Positions 56,061 through 64,000 of a stretch of 64,000 nucleotides of DNA are shown here, in pieces. The first letter of the stretch is position 1. Each line of letters opens with the position of its first letter. This DNA is from an uncultured virus (IMG/VR IMGVR_UViG_3300027782_006468) (Duplodnaviria > Heunggongvirae > Uroviricota > Caudoviricetes). Location: IMG/VR virus record IMGVR_UViG_3300027782_006468, positions 1 through 64,000 of that record; one strand, written 5' to 3'. The notes beneath the pieces are model-generated. The model was not told the origin of the DNA. It saw only the letters and a program-made list of their open reading frames with translations, and searched no databases. Position numbers and translations under genes: made by a program.

Positions 56061-56356
56061 ACTACATCCAATCTTCTTACATGGTCTCCATCTTGATTGA
56101 TAAAGCTGTCTTCTAGTATTAAAGATTTTTTATCATCTGCAAAACGAAGCCCTAAATTGAATGCATCAATACATGCTGTTCGATCATTTTGTGATGCCAT
56201 AACCCAACAATAGTCATTTTTCTTTATAAATTTTCCTCTTTGGTTTTCTTGTGTTATTCCTATTTCTAATGTAACATTGTCCGGCAAAAGTAATTCAATT
56301 TTCCCATGCCTCATAAGATGCTCTACAATCATAGATTGTATTTTATTTTGGCTCAT
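56057..56356 (-). CDS. hypothetical protein
   Basis: 99-aa ORF with GAGGTG RBS. Confidence 0.7.
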   Translation of the reverse strand: MSQNKIQSMIVEHLMRHGKIELLLPDNVTLEIGITQENQRGKFIKKNDYCWVMASQNDRTACIDAFNLGLRFADDKKSLILEDSFINQDGDHVRRLDVV

Positions 56357-56376
56357 GATTACACCTCGTAAAATTT

Positions 56377-56847
56377 TTAAATGAAAAAAACTTTGCTAGG
56401 AGGAATATAAAAGTATTTGAACCCATCATAGAAACGATGTGTATAGTCACCATCTTTACGAATTGGAGATTCAATCACCCTCTCCTCCTTGTTCAAACAA
56501 ACTGTCCAACAATATATCTTTTTTTGTTGTTTATAGGTTTCTATGAGAAACAATTCATCATTTCCTAAAAACAACTTTGCAATCTTACAATTAACAGAAA
56601 TCGGCAAAAAGGTGCTATAGTCACCATAAAGCTGTAAAACATCCATATAATAATGTTCATAATCACATCTTTGGTAGTGAGCTACTACAGAATATCCATC
56701 AACGACATATTTTCTACTTTTAAAAATAAGTAGATCTTCTTCGTAAGCTTCTGAATTTTTAATGGGATAATTGTATGGAATCAAAATCTTTGAGAGATTT
56801 TTTAATTCTTGAATCGAACTTTTTATCTTTGTGATGTTGTCCGACAT
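56377..56847 (-). CDS. hypothetical protein
   Basis: 156-aa ORF with AAGGTG RBS. Confidence 0.7.
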   Translation of the reverse strand: MSDNITKIKSSIQELKNLSKILIPYNYPIKNSEAYEEDLLIFKSRKYVVDGYSVVAHYQRCDYEHYYMDVLQLYGDYSTFLPISVNCKIAKLFLGNDELFLIETYKQQKKIYCWTVCLNKEERVIESPIRKDGDYTHRFYDGFKYFYIPPSKVFFI

Positions 56848-56875
56848 ATATTCACCTTCTATGAAGGTATATATC

Positions 56876-57877
56876 CTAATCCAAGAACTTATCTTCTATA
56901 AATTTATTATTCAATAATGAATTTGAATCTTTTTCGAATTGAAAAACATCATGCTGTTGATGAAATTTGAAATCATTGCCAAACACTCCATCAATCTCAC
57001 ATAATATATTCTGCTTCATACGCATAAAAAGCCATTCTTTTACCTCTTTTAGACCAGACGATAAGTTAGAATCATCATCAAATCTAAGCAATTCCATGAC
57101 TTTATTGAAATCTAACCAAGCATAGCCAGTCATTTGGTTATTTTTTTCATAATTTTTCAATAATGGTAATTTGGAAGTAATATTTACAAAATGAAGAAGA
57201 AATAAAATGTAATTTTTTGCATCAAAATAATTTAAACAAGCAGATGCATCCATTATTCTAAATTCAATAGTCTGTCTTTTATTGTTTACGAAATGATATG
57301 TATTAATCGAATAATATTTATGCATCCCAATTGAATTTATAAGTTTATTAGAACTAATAAGTGGGTGTTCAACTTCATCAACAATGTCGGAAAAAGACAA
57401 TAACTGGCAATATCTATTTCTTTTTCTTTTAATTGGAACCATGTTTGCGAACACATATTCGCATTTAATCCACCAACTAATTACAGAAGCAACTTGATCA
57501 ACAGAAAGATCGTGAACATCAACATGAACATGAAACGAACATCTTTCATCTGCTTTTATATTGCTGTCATTGCTAAAAGCATTGACAACAGTAGATACTT
57601 TTCTCACTCCATCAATTCCCTTTAAAACTGGTGTGCATACTTCGATACCACAACTACTATCTGGCTTTAAAATCCAAGAATCATTATTGTGATTATTTCC
57701 CCACTTTTGAATAAACACCTTATCTTTGGCAACTTTTTGAACCAGCCAAGAAACATAAAAAATTCCTTTTGGCAAATTTCCCAATTCATAATCAAATGGA
57801 CGACTTCTGCCATCGAAGGCATTAATTTCTAACTCAACTCCAAAACGCCTTTTATTATTACAATTATTCATGTTCAC
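56876..57877 (-). CDS. putative amidoligase (COOH-NH2 ligase family)
   Basis: RFGVELE, W..KPDSS, GIEVCTPVL, CSFHVHV, TIEFR. Confidence 0.8.
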   Translation of the reverse strand: MNMNNCNNKRRFGVELEINAFDGRSRPFDYELGNLPKGIFYVSWLVQKVAKDKVFIQKWGNNHNNDSWILKPDSSCGIEVCTPVLKGIDGVRKVSTVVNAFSNDSNIKADERCSFHVHVDVHDLSVDQVASVISWWIKCEYVFANMVPIKRKRNRYCQLLSFSDIVDEVEHPLISSNKLINSIGMHKYYSINTYHFVNNKRQTIEFRIMDASACLNYFDAKNYILFLLHFVNITSKLPLLKNYEKNNQMTGYAWLDFNKVMELLRFDDDSNLSSGLKEVKEWLFMRMKQNILCEIDGVFGNDFKFHQQHDVFQFEKDSNSLLNNKFIEDKFLD

Positions 57878-57881
57878 CTCA

Positions 57882-57911
57882 TTGCCAAGTCAACGACATC
57901 TCTTTTATAAT
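57882..57911 (+). promoter_or_regulatory. sigma70-like promoter TTGCCA-N18-TATAAT
   Basis: Consensus match upstream of AAGGAG and ATG 57939. Confidence 0.5.
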
Positions 57912-57938
57912 ACAGTAACACCAAATCAAGGAGTTTCT

Positions 57939-58421
57939 ATGAATTATTTGATGATTGAATTGAAGGACAAAAGAAAATTTATTACAAATAAAAAAAATTT
58001 GAGTAATTTAATCGAATTTTCCAAGACATTTAACGCAGATCTTTCAATAATAAGCACTGAGAGTAAAAATTCTCTATCACTAGAACAATTGGCAAATGAA
58101 ATTTGCGACACAAATCGCAAACAAGAAGAATTTGAATATAAAACAATTGAAACTTTGAACAAAAAAGAAACAAACCAAAGTAATTTAATATTTTCACATA
58201 TAATAAAAACACTTCAAAGCAAAAAAGAAATAGATACAAATAAACTAATTGCAAAATTCAAAAAAAAAGGAATAGATGAAAAAAACATCTATTCCCAAAT
58301 AACAAAAGCAAAAAACTACATCAAAAATATAGGAAAAACTTTAAAGAGGCTTGGAAAAACCAAATATAAAATTGATTATTCTTCTATCTCTGAATCAATT
58401 TCATCATCTATTCCTTCTTGA
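57939..58421 (+). CDS. hypothetical protein, possible C-terminal winged helix
   Basis: AAGGAG RBS; basic helical C-terminus ending GKTKYKI. Confidence 0.6.
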   Translation: MNYLMIELKDKRKFITNKKNLSNLIEFSKTFNADLSIISTESKNSLSLEQLANEICDTNRKQEEFEYKTIETLNKKETNQSNLIFSHIIKTLQSKKEIDTNKLIAKFKKKGIDEKNIYSQITKAKNYIKNIGKTLKRLGKTKYKIDYSSISESISSSIPS

Positions 58422-59584
58422 TTGGTTATGTCTGTTTCTATGACATCACCACCAATCTGGAATTCCATAGCTGCTTTAAATGGCTCCAAATAATCAATTA
58501 TATCTTGTTCAGATGCTGCATCAATAATCGATGGGCATTTGAGCAAGATTTCAAGAGGAATTTCATTCTTGTCTAAGGAGGCTTTGAATTTAATTTCCTC
58601 ACCATTGCTATAAGGCTCTGCAACGATGAAATTTCCAGCACTCTTGGCAATAATCCTATTTGCATCAAGCAAACAAGATAATAAGCCACTAACAGGATTT
58701 ATTCCGTGTTCAAAAAGCAATTGAATGTTTTCTGTTGAAATAAATGGTGTATGAGTCTTATTTTTAACATTTTTAACACGAATGTTAATGCCAAGAATCT
58801 TGGTTTTTTTTGCACTAATTTTATATTCTATCTTCTTCATTGTCGATGTTTCTAATCGACACGAAGCATAAAACGGTAAAGCATTACCACCACCAGCAGT
58901 TGTGGTTGGATTTCCATAAAGAACACCAATTTTTGAACGAGTCTGATTCAAAATGACAACAGTAGCATCATTCTTTTCCATAACTGTGTTCAATTTTCGG
59001 AATTCTCTAGAACAAATCTTAGCTCTTTCTCCGGGTTGCTCATGCCCACCAACAATGCGTTTGAAATCAGCTTTCGAAGCGTTCTCTGGAAGATTAACCT
59101 CTCTAAGCTCTCTAGCCGATGGACTTACGCCAATGGAGTCATAAACAATAGCAATCGGACATTCTTTTCTTTTTGATCGAACAAATTCAATAGATTTATA
59201 CATCTTCAAAAAGACATCTTCCAATGCTTGTGGAGTATGTCTGACGATTTTATTCAAATCGCAATGTGATGCTCGTTGAATAAATTCTTTATTAGCAGAA
59301 TTCTCACAATCTTCCAAAATAGCAATTCCACCAGAACGCTGGCAACCGAACAAAACATTTGTTCCAATCAAAGATTTTGAACTAGATGAAGGACCATAAA
59401 TTTCCGTAAGCTTACCGCCCGGAACTCCACCGCCCATAAACTTTCCACTACAAATATAATTGATTGCCAAATTTCCACTATCTACAAAATATTTAACGCT
59501 ATCAATTTCAGCCACAATATCGCCACCAGTTTCATTTGCTAAATCTTGGAAGAAATTATCTTCATCGACTTTTTTACGAGCCAT
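58376..59584 (-). CDS. recA: RecA/UvsX-like recombinase
   Basis: GGVPGGKLTEIYGPSSSSKS, IVYDS, ILNQTRSKIGV.YGNP.TT.GG.ALPFYASCR, KNK; AAGGAG RBS. Confidence 0.92.
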   Translation of the reverse strand: MARKKVDEDNFFQDLANETGGDIVAEIDSVKYFVDSGNLAINYICSGKFMGGGVPGGKLTEIYGPSSSSKSLIGTNVLFGCQRSGGIAILEDCENSANKEFIQRASHCDLNKIVRHTPQALEDVFLKMYKSIEFVRSKRKECPIAIVYDSIGVSPSARELREVNLPENASKADFKRIVGGHEQPGERAKICSREFRKLNTVMEKNDATVVILNQTRSKIGVLYGNPTTTAGGGNALPFYASCRLETSTMKKIEYKISAKKTKILGINIRVKNVKNKTHTPFISTENIQLLFEHGINPVSGLLSCLLDANRIIAKSAGNFIVAEPYSNGEEIKFKASLDKNEIPLEILLKCPSIIDAASEQDIIDYLEPFKAAMEFQIGGDVIETDITNQEGIDDEIDSEIEE

Positions 59585-59618
59585 AGTATCTCCTTTGTAT
59601 ATTATTTGAATATGATAA

Positions 59619-59650
59619 AGCGTGAACACACCCATAGATGCGTTCACGCT
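59619..59650 (-). promoter_or_regulatory. 14-bp intergenic hairpin between ssb and recA
   Basis: Minus strand AGCGUGAACGCAUC-UAUG-GGUGUGUUCACGCU, fully paired using G.U. Confidence 0.7.
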
Positions 59651-59662
59651 AAAAGTGATTGT

Positions 59663-60667
59663 TTAGATTCCGTCAAGTTGCTTCAAGAAATCATCATCAG
59701 CAAGAGATTCATCTTCGCTAATAACACTCTTTGAAACCTTCTTGGATACAAGAACTTCTTCTCTGATGACATCAGAGCCAGTTATTACAGATTCTGCAGA
59801 TTTTGCAGCAGCTTGAACTGGTGATTTGCTATAAAACTCATCGAGTTCTCCAGCCGAGTCACCTTCAACAACCATACCTGTATGAACACGAAGACCATGC
59901 TTGATTTCTTCGGAAGTCTTCAGTTTTCTCAACGCAGACAAATCGTTAAGATTACCGAACCAATTTTCCAATTCTTCTGGTGTTCCAGCAATAGACGCTT
60001 CCTCAAACTTTGAAAAATCATAGTTTGGATACTCTCTATTCCCACTTTTAACAACCTTCTTTACAAGCCTAAAATCACGACCAGTTGTTGGATGTGTGAT
60101 ATCGCCTAGTTCTTTTTCTCCAGCAGCCTCATCACCAGAAATTGCTCTCATAATCTTGCTATGAACTTGCTTGCCACAAGAATAAATCTTAGGTCCAACA
60201 TTAGCTGCTGTAGCTTTATTCTTCGGATCAACCTCTGAACGCACAATTACATTGTAATAATAGCGTTCTATAGGCTTGAGTTCTCGTGCTTTGTTCTGAA
60301 GATTTTCCTGTTCTTTTCCAGAAAGACCTTCGGACTTCTGCCACAAGTCAGAATAGTACTTGCAAATAATACATTCGCCACGCCAAGCTTCTGCACCTTT
60401 GTCGTTTGGTGAAAGCTCTCTAGGGCAATGATAGGTTTTCTTTTGATTGGTCGTAGGATTTGTCAGCGTGTGAATTCTGGTCGCACAGTAGAGTCGATGA
60501 CCTTTTTTCTTTGGAAGAAATCGCATCATTACGAATCCATCCCTATCTGGCATCTTAACAAACTTTTGAAGGTACTCGTTGTCAAGACCTCCACCGTTTT
60601 CTGAGCTAACTCGTTTAGCTTCTGCTTTAATTTCGTTAATGTCTAGTGGTTCGTAGTCAATTCCCAT
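59663..60667 (-). CDS. T4 gp32-like single-stranded DNA-binding protein
   Basis: MRFLP, H...C...CIIC zinc ligands, YYYNVIV, GPKIY, G.DFRL, YPNYD.S.F, acidic DDDFL C-terminus. Confidence 0.88.
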   Translation of the reverse strand: MGIDYEPLDINEIKAEAKRVSSENGGGLDNEYLQKFVKMPDRDGFVMMRFLPKKKGHRLYCATRIHTLTNPTTNQKKTYHCPRELSPNDKGAEAWRGECIICKYYSDLWQKSEGLSGKEQENLQNKARELKPIERYYYNVIVRSEVDPKNKATAANVGPKIYSCGKQVHSKIMRAISGDEAAGEKELGDITHPTTGRDFRLVKKVVKSGNREYPNYDFSKFEEASIAGTPEELENWFGNLNDLSALRKLKTSEEIKHGLRVHTGMVVEGDSAGELDEFYSKSPVQAAAKSAESVITGSDVIREEVLVSKKVSKSVISEDESLADDDFLKQLDGI

Positions 60668-60796
60668 AGTTCGCCTCGTAGTTAAAAGTTAAGTAGTTTA
60701 GACAACGAACAACTCGTTGTCTGACTTCGTTTATTAGTATCATTATCTAGAATTCATTGCAAGATTAATTTATAAAAAAAACTATTCTTTTAAAAA

Positions 60797-61216
60797 TTAA
60801 ATATTGATGGGTGAATCTGGATTCTGCAATTTCTCTTCCGACTCAACAACTTCCTTGTGCATTGCTGCGAGTTTATCTTGCAAGTTTCCATGTCCTTTGG
60901 ATTCCAAATCTCCATTGAGATCATCTCTGCTTTGTCGTTCTTTTGAAAATTCTTCCTCTAATGCTTTCAATATTTGTTGATTTTTCAAAAGCTGCTCTTT
61001 GATTTTTGCGTCTCTATCTTCCATGGATTCATCTTTCTTTTTCATGTTGATAATGGGATTTTGTTTTGGCTGAACTAATTTTTCGAGCATATATTTCTTG
61101 GATTCTTCTTTACGCTCTTTGCGTACAGCCTCACGCCTTAGTAAAACTTTTACTTTAGACTTCTTTTCTCGCTCTTTACGCTTTTTTGCAATCTTTTCTT
61201 CTTTCTTCATGATCAT
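60797..61216 (-). CDS. charged coiled-coil hypothetical protein
   Basis: 139-aa K/E/R-rich ORF. Confidence 0.7.
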   Translation of the reverse strand: MIMKKEEKIAKKRKEREKKSKVKVLLRREAVRKERKEESKKYMLEKLVQPKQNPIINMKKKDESMEDRDAKIKEQLLKNQQILKALEEEFSKERQSRDDLNGDLESKGHGNLQDKLAAMHKEVVESEEKLQNPDSPINI

Positions 61217-61217
61217 C

Positions 61218-61943
61218 CTACTTTCTTAGGTTAGGCACATTATCAGCAACTGCTCCGCCCCAATAAAGGTTGCCATGTTCCCTTTGTTTTTGGGTTTCAG
61301 AAAAATTCAACTCACTATCTGCCAAAAGATTCACATTGCCGGGAACAAAAAACTTATCGCTTATTTTTATTTCCCGATTAGTGTCATCAATAATTGTAAG
61401 TATCTCGCCATGTATAGAACCAGTCTTTCCATAAACTGCATACTTTTTATCCACCGTAAGTCTATATCCCTTGTTCCTTACTTCGGTAATCATTTGTGGT
61501 TCTGGAAAAAACACCACATTGTCTACAATTCTTTTTCCTGACTGCCCACTTGCAGTTAATTCTTTTTTTGAATTTGCCAATTGTTCGTGGGGATAAAGAG
61601 TATTCTGCCCCTGCAATGGAACTACTGCGGTGCTTTTCTCTGGCTCTACTTCTTGTGTTATAAAATTTCCAGAAGTCTGATCAAATAAGAATTTTTTGTT
61701 CTTTATGACCACACCATTATCAGCTTCTCTAAAAGTAATTTTCTTTTTAGCGAGTTCAAATATTTCAACGCCAATAACAAAAATATCTCTTCTTGCCAAT
61801 TGACCCATGACACTACTCGCCAATGTTTCTAGAGAAACATCTTCAAATGGATCTCCGACCTTTTTCTTTAAGGTTTTTGTTTCTTCTTTGTTGTAATTCC
61901 CATCCTGTTTTTCATGATAGGAATAAATAATTTCGTAGCCCAC
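61218..61943 (-). CDS. hypothetical protein
   Basis: Start placed at GTG (GYEIIY) after GGGGTG; the ORF track extends it to 62009. Confidence 0.65.
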   Translation of the reverse strand: MGYEIIYSYHEKQDGNYNKEETKTLKKKVGDPFEDVSLETLASSVMGQLARRDIFVIGVEIFELAKKKITFREADNGVVIKNKKFLFDQTSGNFITQEVEPEKSTAVVPLQGQNTLYPHEQLANSKKELTASGQSGKRIVDNVVFFPEPQMITEVRNKGYRLTVDKKYAVYGKTGSIHGEILTIIDDTNREIKISDKFFVPGNVNLLADSELNFSETQKQREHGNLYWGGAVADNVPNLRK

Positions 61944-61971
61944 ACGCACCCCCAGTGAACTAAATAAGTAA

Positions 61972-62598
61972 CTACTTAAACAAAATACCAGTTCCATATC
62001 TTGTTTCAAAAAAATTTGGCTTTACACCAACACTATCAGCAAAAGCCAAATACGCTTGTTTCACAGGTTTTAGATCCAAAGCATTGTCAATAATAATACA
62101 GCCATCATCTGATAAATATTCCCATGATACTTCAAGCATATAGAGAATATAATCATAATTTTTTTCTTCATTTATAAAAATTGCATCCCATTTTCTCTTC
62201 CCGATTCTATCGTGAAAATCATCATTTTTCATATCGCCTGTGAAAAAATCAAAATCTTTTTTGTAAGATTTTCTAATATTGTAAAAGCCCATACGATTAG
62301 AAAAGTAAACATTTTTATCAGTTTGATGGAAAGCAAGAAAATACTCTGTTTCTAAACAAGACATAAAAAAACACTTCTCTAATAATCCTAAATTGAAACT
62401 CAAAGATAATACACTCTTTGGCTTTATAAATTTACCTAAATGGTAATAAAAAGGAACATAAAGCGGGTCGCTATATGAAGGACTTCTTCTAGAATTTTCA
62501 TCAATTAATTTGCAATCTTGAAGGAGTATCTTGCCGTTTACAAGTTTCTTTCTCAATAACTCTTTAATTTCTTTTTGAATGATATCAAAATTAGGCAT
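61972..62598 (-). CDS. class I SAM-methyltransferase-like protein (degenerate)
   Basis: IKPKSVLSLSFNLG, KWDAIFIN, YLSDDGCIIIDN resemble Methyltransf_24; glycine motif eroded. Confidence 0.55.
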   Translation of the reverse strand: MPNFDIIQKEIKELLRKKLVNGKILLQDCKLIDENSRRSPSYSDPLYVPFYYHLGKFIKPKSVLSLSFNLGLLEKCFFMSCLETEYFLAFHQTDKNVYFSNRMGFYNIRKSYKKDFDFFTGDMKNDDFHDRIGKRKWDAIFINEEKNYDYILYMLEVSWEYLSDDGCIIIDNALDLKPVKQAYLAFADSVGVKPNFFETRYGTGILFK

Positions 62599-62629
62599 AT
62601 AATATTATAGCTTTAACTACGGATATATT

Positions 62630-63742
62630 ATGTACGACTTTATTATTGTTGGATCAGGATTTTTTGGATCAACATTTGCAAGGCGAGTTACCGACCTTGG
62701 AAAAAAATGTTTAGTTCTAGATAAAAAGCCACACATTGCAGGGGCAGCACACGATATGCCTCAAGATGATTACTATGTTTCATCTTATGGCGCACATGTA
62801 TTTCACACACACAGCGAAGAGGTTTGGGAATTTGCCAATAACTTTTCTGAATTTATTCCATTTATAAATAGACCAAAAGTTCTATCGAATGAAAAAATAT
62901 ATTCATTTCCAATAAATTTGATGACACTTCAACAACTTTGGGGAATAAAAACTCCAGCTGAAGCAAAAAAAATATTAGAAGAAAAAAAAATTCCATGCGA
63001 AAATCCAAGTAATTTTGAAGAATGGGCATTATCCATGGTTGGAGAAGAAATATATAAAAAATTCTTCTATGGATATACAAAAAAACAATATATGCGAGAA
63101 CCAAAAGAACTTCCAACATCAATAATTCAAAGACTTCCTATTCGACTTACATATGACGAAAATTATTTTACTACGAAATTTCAAGGGATTCCAAAAAATG
63201 GATATACAAATCTAATTTATAATATGCTTGATGGTATTGATGTTGAGGTTGGTGTAGATTTTATAAAACAAAAAGACAAACTAATGCGTCTCGCAAAACA
63301 GATTGTCTATACAGGTCGAATAGATGAATTTTTTGATTTTGAATTTGGGAAACTTGAATACAACACCATGAAATTTGAGAAAAAAGAATTTATTGGAGAT
63401 CAACAAGGAAATGCAGTTATAAATCATGTTGATGAATCGGTTCGATATCTTCGAAGCATAGAGCATCGTCATTTCTACAAACACGGAGAGTCTATCAAAC
63501 ATTATGCTGGTAAAAAAGAAGATTTCACTAGCGTAATAACCTACGACATTCCAGCAACATATGAAGAAAATCCAGACCCATTATACCCAATTAGAAATAA
63601 AATAAATTCTGAAATTTATCAAAAATATTCATCAATCAAACCAAGTAATGTAACATTTGGCGGAAGATTGGGAGAATATAAATATTTGGACATGGATCAA
63701 AGTATGGCTTCTGCTCTTCAAAAGGCTAAATCCTTTGAATGA
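62630..63742 (+). CDS. glf: UDP-galactopyranose mutase
   Basis: VGSGFFG, YGAHVFHT, FPIN, GYTKKQ, RLPIR, QGIP..GYT, YTGRIDEFF, GRLGEYKYLDMDQ. Confidence 0.97.
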   Translation: MYDFIIVGSGFFGSTFARRVTDLGKKCLVLDKKPHIAGAAHDMPQDDYYVSSYGAHVFHTHSEEVWEFANNFSEFIPFINRPKVLSNEKIYSFPINLMTLQQLWGIKTPAEAKKILEEKKIPCENPSNFEEWALSMVGEEIYKKFFYGYTKKQYMREPKELPTSIIQRLPIRLTYDENYFTTKFQGIPKNGYTNLIYNMLDGIDVEVGVDFIKQKDKLMRLAKQIVYTGRIDEFFDFEFGKLEYNTMKFEKKEFIGDQQGNAVINHVDESVRYLRSIEHRHFYKHGESIKHYAGKKEDFTSVITYDIPATYEENPDPLYPIRNKINSEIYQKYSSIKPSNVTFGGRLGEYKYLDMDQSMASALQKAKSFE

Positions 63743-63744
63743 AA

Positions 63745-64000
63745 TTATTCATGATCATATAGACACAACTCAACACCAGCCTCTTTGAACATTGTTCTGG
63801 AAATGTCACAGGAATCTTTCCATCTTTTTGCCAATTCTTCTGATAAGTTTGGTGCTATGCATCTTTTAATTCCACTTTGAATGATTAGAGAGGCACAACC
63901 AGAACATGGCATGAATGGATATGTAACTATAGAACATCCATTCAAATTCCTTTGGGCAAATAAAATAGCATTAGCCTCTGCGTGGACTACCATTTTATAC
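63745..64000 (-). CDS. dCMP deaminase, 3' part (start lies beyond the window)
   Basis: HAEANA and PCSGC zinc motifs, IIQSGIK. Confidence 0.9.
   Translation of the reverse strand, partial: YKMVVHAEANAILFAQRNLNGCSIVTYPFMPCSGCASLIIQSGIKRCIAPNLSEELAKRWKDSCDISRTMFKEAGVELCLYDHE

Noticed and set aside
1..64000. tRNA, rRNA, integrase or transposase genes; a cellular chromosome origin for the window
   Set aside because: No cloverleaf or rRNA-like segments or recombinase motifs seen by eye; host-like genes are scattered among T4-like genes and orphans rather than in bacterial operon context

Overview
AT-rich, densely coded 64 kb segment that looks like a large (jumbo/huge) T4-related dsDNA bacteriophage read in the standard genetic code. 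Evidence: gp32-like SSB, UvsX/RecA, gp4-like head-completion nuclease, dNMP kinase, ThyX, dCMP deaminase, PhoH, T4-type TAAATA late-promoter motifs and T4 capsid-targeting-like N-termini. It carries many host-like genes: DnaJ, GroES, IF3, bS21, peptide deformylase, a PrkA-YeaH-SpoVR trio, HldE, Glf, several glycosyltransferases and a Hel308-like helicase. The most unusual signals are: (1) DNA polymerase III alpha is split into two genes about 13 kb apart, with no intein and a duplicated junction. (2) The 5' end of the N-half is interrupted after HLHLH by a 7-nt stop-containing insert inside a 23-bp hairpin that also buries its RBS and start codon, suggesting a programmed ribosomal hop. (3) An unannotated ~205-nt structured RNA with 6S-like topology ends at a strand-specific terminator. 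(4) A terminator-bounded cassette encodes a glycosyltransferase, a CapK/PaaK-like ligase and a 2654-aa cysteine-rich STIG1-repeat protein with nested modules. All functional calls come from motifs recognised by eye; no database searches were run.
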